Shown here in pieces: positions 57,350 through 64,000 of a DNA stretch of 64,000 nucleotides. The DNA is from the human T2T-CHM13v2.0 reference genome, Homo sapiens. Below the pieces are notes generated by a model. It had not been told where the DNA came from. It saw only the letters and a program-made list of their open reading frames with translations, and did no database searches. The DNA lies in NCBI RefSeq assembly GCF_009914755.1, contig NC_060937.1; one strand, 5' to 3'. Both the position numbers and the translations under genes were made by a program. Numbering within the stretch: position 1 is the first letter of the stretch; each line of letters begins with the position of its first letter.

Positions 57350-58617
57350 ATTTTAAACAGTTTTGCTTATATATATGATTACAACAATAAAAAAATTAAC
57401 AACCTGTGAAATGCATTATAGTTATATTTATTTTAAATACATCTTTATTTACATGTTGTTTACTCATTAAGATCAATATGTTCTCATTCATTGATTCAAC
57501 AAAGAGCACATGTACTTAGTTGGTTAATGTGAAATTTTTAAAGTTCGGTTTGTAATTACCTAATGTTACAGAATGAAGAAATAAAAGCTAACAGCCTACT
57601 TCTAGAAAATTTTCTACATAAGTTATGTCTCCTTTCTTAATGAGAGAATGAGGGAGAGAAAAACCGTTTAAAGGTTGGTATTTTTGAGTAAATCAGAAAT
57701 AAGAATGCTAACTGCACTGGTCATCAAGAGTTGTTAGTACTTAAAAAAATGCATTAGTTACTACTAACCTAGTAGTTAGTTGCCCAAAGAAAATAAAACA
57801 AATTGAATGATAATAGTTACGTGTCAATTCTGTAAGTGTTTTCTTGAAAGAGAAAAGAGCACCAGCTCCTTCTTCTGAAGTAATAGCCTTTAGATAACAA
57901 GATTAGCATAATTTGGAAAAATTCATGGCCCTTATGGACAAAAGCCAGGAGGAGGAGTATCATAAATACCTGAGGCTTCATCACAAAATAGGATTGCAAT
58001 AGTTGTCTTATGTTTATCCTGTTCCAAAATTATTGGAAACTCATTCTCTAATTATACTTTGAACTGGAGGTGGGGACATCAATGGCTTAAAATAGTCAAT
58101 AAATTATACTGGGAACAATTAATATCCACATTCATCATTAAACCTCCATCCCCAGCATTAATTTGACCTAGTTGTGTGAAATGAAGCCAAAAAGAATAAC
58201 AGAGTTAGCACCACTGATTTACCACTTCCTTCTTGGTTGTTATTTCATAAGCAATCTTTTTACCATGCACCTTCTTCTTCCCTTACTTCCCCACCCCCAT
58301 ACAGAAACATATTTCTTGGAGCATGCTACTGCTGTTCAACTTGATTTAGATAATTTGGTTTTCTAAATAAAAGTTATTTATGTGATTAGTCAAACACTGT
58401 GCAAATGGCATATATACAAAGGTACTAAAGTAGACATGGCCCATTTATAAAATAGTAGGGAGATCATAGTACTCAAGTCAAATTTTCCCATGGACTCAAC
58501 TGAGGAATTAGAAGCCTAAAAATAGCTGCATACAGATTAATGATATTCTATGAAATTGCTTTAATAATTCAATTCACTATTCGAAGTGGCCTACATAAGA
58601 TCTTATGTTTCAGAGCA

Positions 58618-58820
58618 TCTCTGTCCAATAGAATTTTTTGTATTGATGGAAGTGTTACATAATCTGTGATGTCCAATGTAGTAGTTACTAGCCATATTAA
58701 CATACTGGGCACTTGAAACATGGCTTGTGTGACTGAACACTTGAATTTTAAACTGTATTTTCTATTAATTAATTTTAACTTAATTTTAAATATACATAGA
58801 TAGCTTTTGGCTATTATATG
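58618..58820. mobile_element. MER3 (hAT-Charlie)
   Basis: ctgtccaatagaattttttgtattgatggaagtgtt...atctgtgatgtccaat..agtagttactagcca...gcacttgaaacatggct..tgtgactga. Confidence 0.85.
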
Positions 58821-59045
58821 TAAATATTCATTTGGGGTGATAATGTATGTATTACATATAGTGTACGTAATACATTCTAAATATATAAAATATCATTTAC
58901 ATTATATAATAGAAAATATAGATAGAACATATATACACAAATAGAACTTTAGGCTTACAAAAAGACTGCTAACACTAACACTTAACTATACAACAATTTT
59001 TTAAACAAAGAAATTAACATTTATATCATATGATTAATTAAGCTA

Positions 59046-59389
59046 CAGATGGCCTTCCACATCCTTGGACTGGAACAAACATATATGAAAAATATTCAGA
59101 AAACAAAACCAAAAAATAGCAATACAACCATAAAAAATACAACACAATATAACACAATATAACGACTATTTATATAGCATATACAACACGATATAACAAC
59201 TATTTATATAGCATATGCATTGTATTAGATGTTATATGTAATCTAGATATGATTTAAAATATAGAGGAGGATGTGCCTATATTACATGCCAGTAGTATGC
59301 CACTTTACATAAGGGACTTGAGCACGTGGTCATTGTGGTATCTGCAGAGGTCCTGGAAACAATCCCTCATGGATACAGAGGAAAGACTT
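59046..59389 (-). mobile_element. MER2-family DNA transposon with an internal tandem duplication
   Basis: gcattgtattagatgttatatgtaatctaga...agggacttgagca...tcctggaaacaatccctcatggatacagagg; repeated acac(a/g)atataac(g/a)actatttatatagcatat. Confidence 0.85.
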
Positions 59390-59765
59390 TATAGTCTTTT
59401 TTCACGGTTACCAGGTTTTTTCACTCATGCCCTTTTGTTTTTCTTCTGGAATCCAAAGCAGGCTTCTGTGTTACATTTAGCTTTAATTTCTCCTTAGTCT
59501 CTTCTAATCAGCGTCGGTCCTTAGTTATTCTTTGTATTTAATGACTGACACTTCTGAAAAATAATTGTTAGTTTCTGTTATTGTTGTCATTTTGGTGGAC
59601 TGCCCTTCCTATTGGGATATTCTCCCGTAATTAGACTGAGATTGTGCCCTTTAGGCAAGATCATCATAGAAGTGATGGTCTTAGTATATCACATCAGGTG
59701 ATACAAGGTGTTGGTATTTATTATTATTGTTATCTTGTTCAATTGGTTGAGGGAATAATACAAGG

Positions 59766-60091
<326 letters not shown>

Positions 60092-60221
60092 AAGATTTCT
60101 TCACAATAAAGGTATTATGTTTTTCCTTTGTAATTAATAAATACTTTAGGAGAGGTAATTTGAATATATGCCAGTATCATATTTTTTCTCATATGTATGC
60201 TCAATAATTTTATCACTTATA

Positions 60222-60524
<303 letters not shown>

Positions 60525-61620
60525 TTATTTAAATAATCAGAATAAATGCATAGACATTTATTTCATTCTATATATTATAAATACATATTTATCTTATTAT
60601 TCAAATTATTTCTTTCTCGGCCTTTGGGAATTACATAAACGTAATAACAAATGGTTGGTTGTACAGTCATATGATTGAATAATATGTATTAAACTCAACT
60701 TTTAAACTTTTTAATGTTTAATAATATTGAACACATGTAATAACTATTTAACAATACAGAAAATTTAAATAAAATATGTTACATTTCCAAAAATATTCAA
60801 ATATTGCTGAAGTTAAAAAATCCATTGGGATTTTGAAGGTATCATGTAAGAATATTCTATTATTTTACATTATGGAAAATTAATCCCAGAATAAACTAGT
60901 TAATGGGGAAGAATGTACAACTGCAGAATCAGGAAAACAAGTTCAAGATGAGTCTGTTTTGATAATACATGATAATAATTCAGTCTCTTCCTTTTTTCCC
61001 ACTTCTTCCTGCTGTTTCTTTCTTCCCTGTTTTATCTATTTTCTAAGTATACATATACACACATATATAAATGCATATACATAGTTAATACCTTAATTAT
61101 CTCCAAAATCGTATTTTATTTACCATTAAAGGGGACACCCTAATATTCTTTAAATACTTTTGTCCTTACTGCATTATTTATCTAAATGGTATGTTATGAT
61201 CTTTTCAGTAGTAACTCATAATAATTTGCTCTCATTTAGTTTGCAGGAAACTTTAAAACCTAAGTAATATTTTTACTATATTGCAAGAGCCAAGAATTCC
61301 TTATTATGTTAACTGTACATTTTTTATTCTAATGGCTTTAAAATATTTAAGGAAAAGTAAGCTTACAATTATTTAAAGTCCTGATCAAAATACAAATATA
61401 GTTTCCTTAAGAATTCTTTAGTTTTACTTTGCAGAAAGTCTTTTGCTGAGTCTTTAGAAGTTCAAATTTAGATAACGTATTACAAAACCATATGTTGCCA
61501 TGTTTGAACAATACATACTAATGCAGTTTACTTGTATTTCTAACAAAATAAAATATTACTCACAAAAGAGTTCAGGTTTCAGTTTCATTGTCTACATAAA
61601 CAAACTTGGAATATTAATGT

Positions 61621-62108
61621 TGCTACCGAGTAATACATGGGCTTGCTGCCTGGTGCACATAGAGGCCAATCTCATGGCACTGGCTTTTGAAAAAAAGAAA
61701 AGCTTTATTGTGAGTGTCAACTGGCAAGGAGACAAGATAAAATGCTAAAATCTGTCTCCTCGGCTGGGATTTGGGTTGGGTTTTCTAAGCATAGGGCACC
61801 GAGGTATAATCTGATTGGATCTTACAATAAGGTGATGCCAGGAGCCATGACCTGATTGGATTCTGCCATGGGGTGACTCTAAAGCTTGATCTGATCGGAT
61901 CTTGGATCCTGCTAAATGCTGTTAGCTTCTTAATTCTGTCTCTGCTCCTTTGTCCCAAAACTTAGGTCCTCCCCTGTGATTGCACAGTTGCTTCATCTGG
62001 GCATACTCAGCTTAGATGACCTTCAATCTGGGGGTCCATGACAACTAAAAAACAATTCACAACTTTGTTACATAAAAGTTGAATAAGATTGGTCTGATGT
62101 AGATAACA
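61621..62108 (-). mobile_element. ERV1 (MER4-group-like) solo LTR
   Basis: tg...ca termini, minus-strand AATAAA (gctttattg ~61702), repeated ctgattggat (CCAAT-box) motifs, ctggcaaggagaca; subfamily not assigned. Confidence 0.7.
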
Positions 62109-64000
62109 GTGTGCTCACAGTGACAGTAGGTCAAGGAGAAGGTGAGAAGCACAGAAATTGTGTAAATAGAAAATTCTGAAATACAGCCTGAGGAAAAATG
62201 TATAAGCAAGGGTCTTTCCGTGAAATAATTTGTCTTCCTAAACGCACACATCTGAATATCATCGGGAAAAGTAATTATTATAATCCTGTTCTTTTCTATA
62301 TTTAAAAAGCACGACACCGTTTAACTGCTCCTTTAGAATGAATCAAAATTTCAGAATTTCCAATGAGGTTTAAAAGTATTGCTTTTATACCTTGGAACAA
62401 ATAGAAACCTTAGCAAGGAACATAATATTAAGTATTTTATTTTGCTTAAATTTCTACTACTTAAACCATTTGGAAGTAAATGTATACTCACTAAAACTTT
62501 TGCAATGACTATTTCTGAGAATATAACAACAGGAACCACACAAATTGGATTCACTTCGTGTCTTTTTATGCTTTTGCTTAATGAAATAAAAAGGAACCTC
62601 TGCTTTATTTATTACAGCTAATACATTTTAAAAGTTACAATCTTCAAATTTGAATGGGATGTTAAATGGTTATGGCGCAAACATGAAGTCAAGAGTTTTG
62701 CAATGAAGTGCTATATTGCAGCAACATCCTGCAATATTTTTGCAGGATTAAATAAAAATTGCATTCAGTGGTACAAAAGGCACAAGAACAAATCAAAAGA
62801 AATCAGAAAACACTTTGAAATTATTATTGCAATATTGCAAACACTTTGAAATTATACATTTATATAAATGTATACCGTATACATTTTTTAAAATGTTGGC
62901 ATCATTGGAAACTAGCTATAATGTTGTTCTTAGTATGCTATTTTAAGTTAGGTATGAGGAACTCAAGCAATTGACTAATGATTTAACTTATTCTTTTTAT
63001 AAGCAGCAAGCACAGTATTAGGTAGTGTGAGCATAAAAATGATTGTCAGCTTTTTTTTCCCTGACAGAATGTTTAAAATTATTAAGAAGAAGACAGAAGA
63101 ATGACTAGAAAAATATAATATGCTGTGCATATTATCACACGTATGAGGTGTAGGTAAGCATAAGTTTATTGAGATTTAACAGATGGAACAGTTGACCACC
63201 ATTAAAAACAGATAAAATTACTACAGTGGAAGAGGCTAGCCCAAATGTAAAAGGAAAGAGACCATTTGGCTAGGTTCAGAAAATAAATTCTATATTAATA
63301 TTTGAACATATTTGACTCTATCTAGCTAAACTACAGCATTGGTCAAAAAAAGGGGGGAGGCTATAAAAATAATCTAGTTAATTTCCAAGTTAACAAACTT
63401 TGGAAAATTACATACACTTCCTGGTAATTTGGTGTGTGACCAGAAGTTTCTATCATAGTATATTTCAATTGCCATTTAGATATTCAAGAAGAGAGGAAAA
63501 ATAACTGCAATAATGTTTAAACAGGATTGAGAGTTAACCTCATGCTGACTTGCAATGGATACCAGTGAAACAGAAATAGGTAAGCCAGCTCTTTGACGTA
63601 GTATAAAAATGAATGAGGCACTTTTCAACACTAACTATTAACTACGAACCTGAATGTAGACCCTTTAAGCAACAAATATTATCTTCTCATTTCAAAAATA
63701 AAATCTTGTACCAAGTTCAAAATGGTTCAGATTTCTTTCTATTGCACAGTGAGTGCTCTTTGGAAAAAACAGAATGTTTCTTTTCATTTCACTGCTTATC
63801 TCATCCCAAACCACTTTTTTTTCTAAATTTGCAACTATCAGCAAACATACTGGTAAGACATGGTGCCACATTGCTTCCCATAAAATATACTTCATATGCA
63901 GAACTGAATGTAAGGCAAAAAATCGGTAGAGATCAGAAAGAAATACAAATCGATGTCTACCATCTGATAATAGGGTCAAATAGCGAAACATTGAGGAAAA

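Noticed and set aside
63692-63991. 99-aa minus-strand ORF in non-repeat DNA
   Set aside because: No recognisable domain or supported splice structure; length is compatible with chance.

Overview
AT-rich, CpG-poor primate (human-like) nuclear DNA that looks intronic or intergenic. No protein-coding exon, RNA gene or CRISPR array can be supported. Many ORFs in the track are chance read-throughs of Alu, L1 or LTR sequence, and the rest match nothing I recognise. The window is dominated by interspersed repeats: about 15 Alu/FLAM copies, an L1 cluster (~25.6-35.5 kb) with two twin-priming inversions, MaLR elements (a full-length THE1 nested in an AluJ, plus THE1/MST/MLT1 solo LTRs), ERV1 LTRs (MER52-like, MER34/39-like), MER2/MER3/MER5/MER81 DNA transposons and MIR/L2 relics. 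The least obvious signal is a heavily decayed retroviral pol relic at ~21.8-25.0 kb. Its RT, RNase H and integrase motifs lie in the correct order and look class III/ERVL-like, but it is invisible in the ORF track. Also notable are an Alu with a 5' inversion, an AluY with a left-arm tract in its right arm, and several templated or fold-back micro-insertions. I found no convincing intact novel gene system. Family names come from recalled consensus sequences, not a database search, and boundaries of old repeats are approximate.
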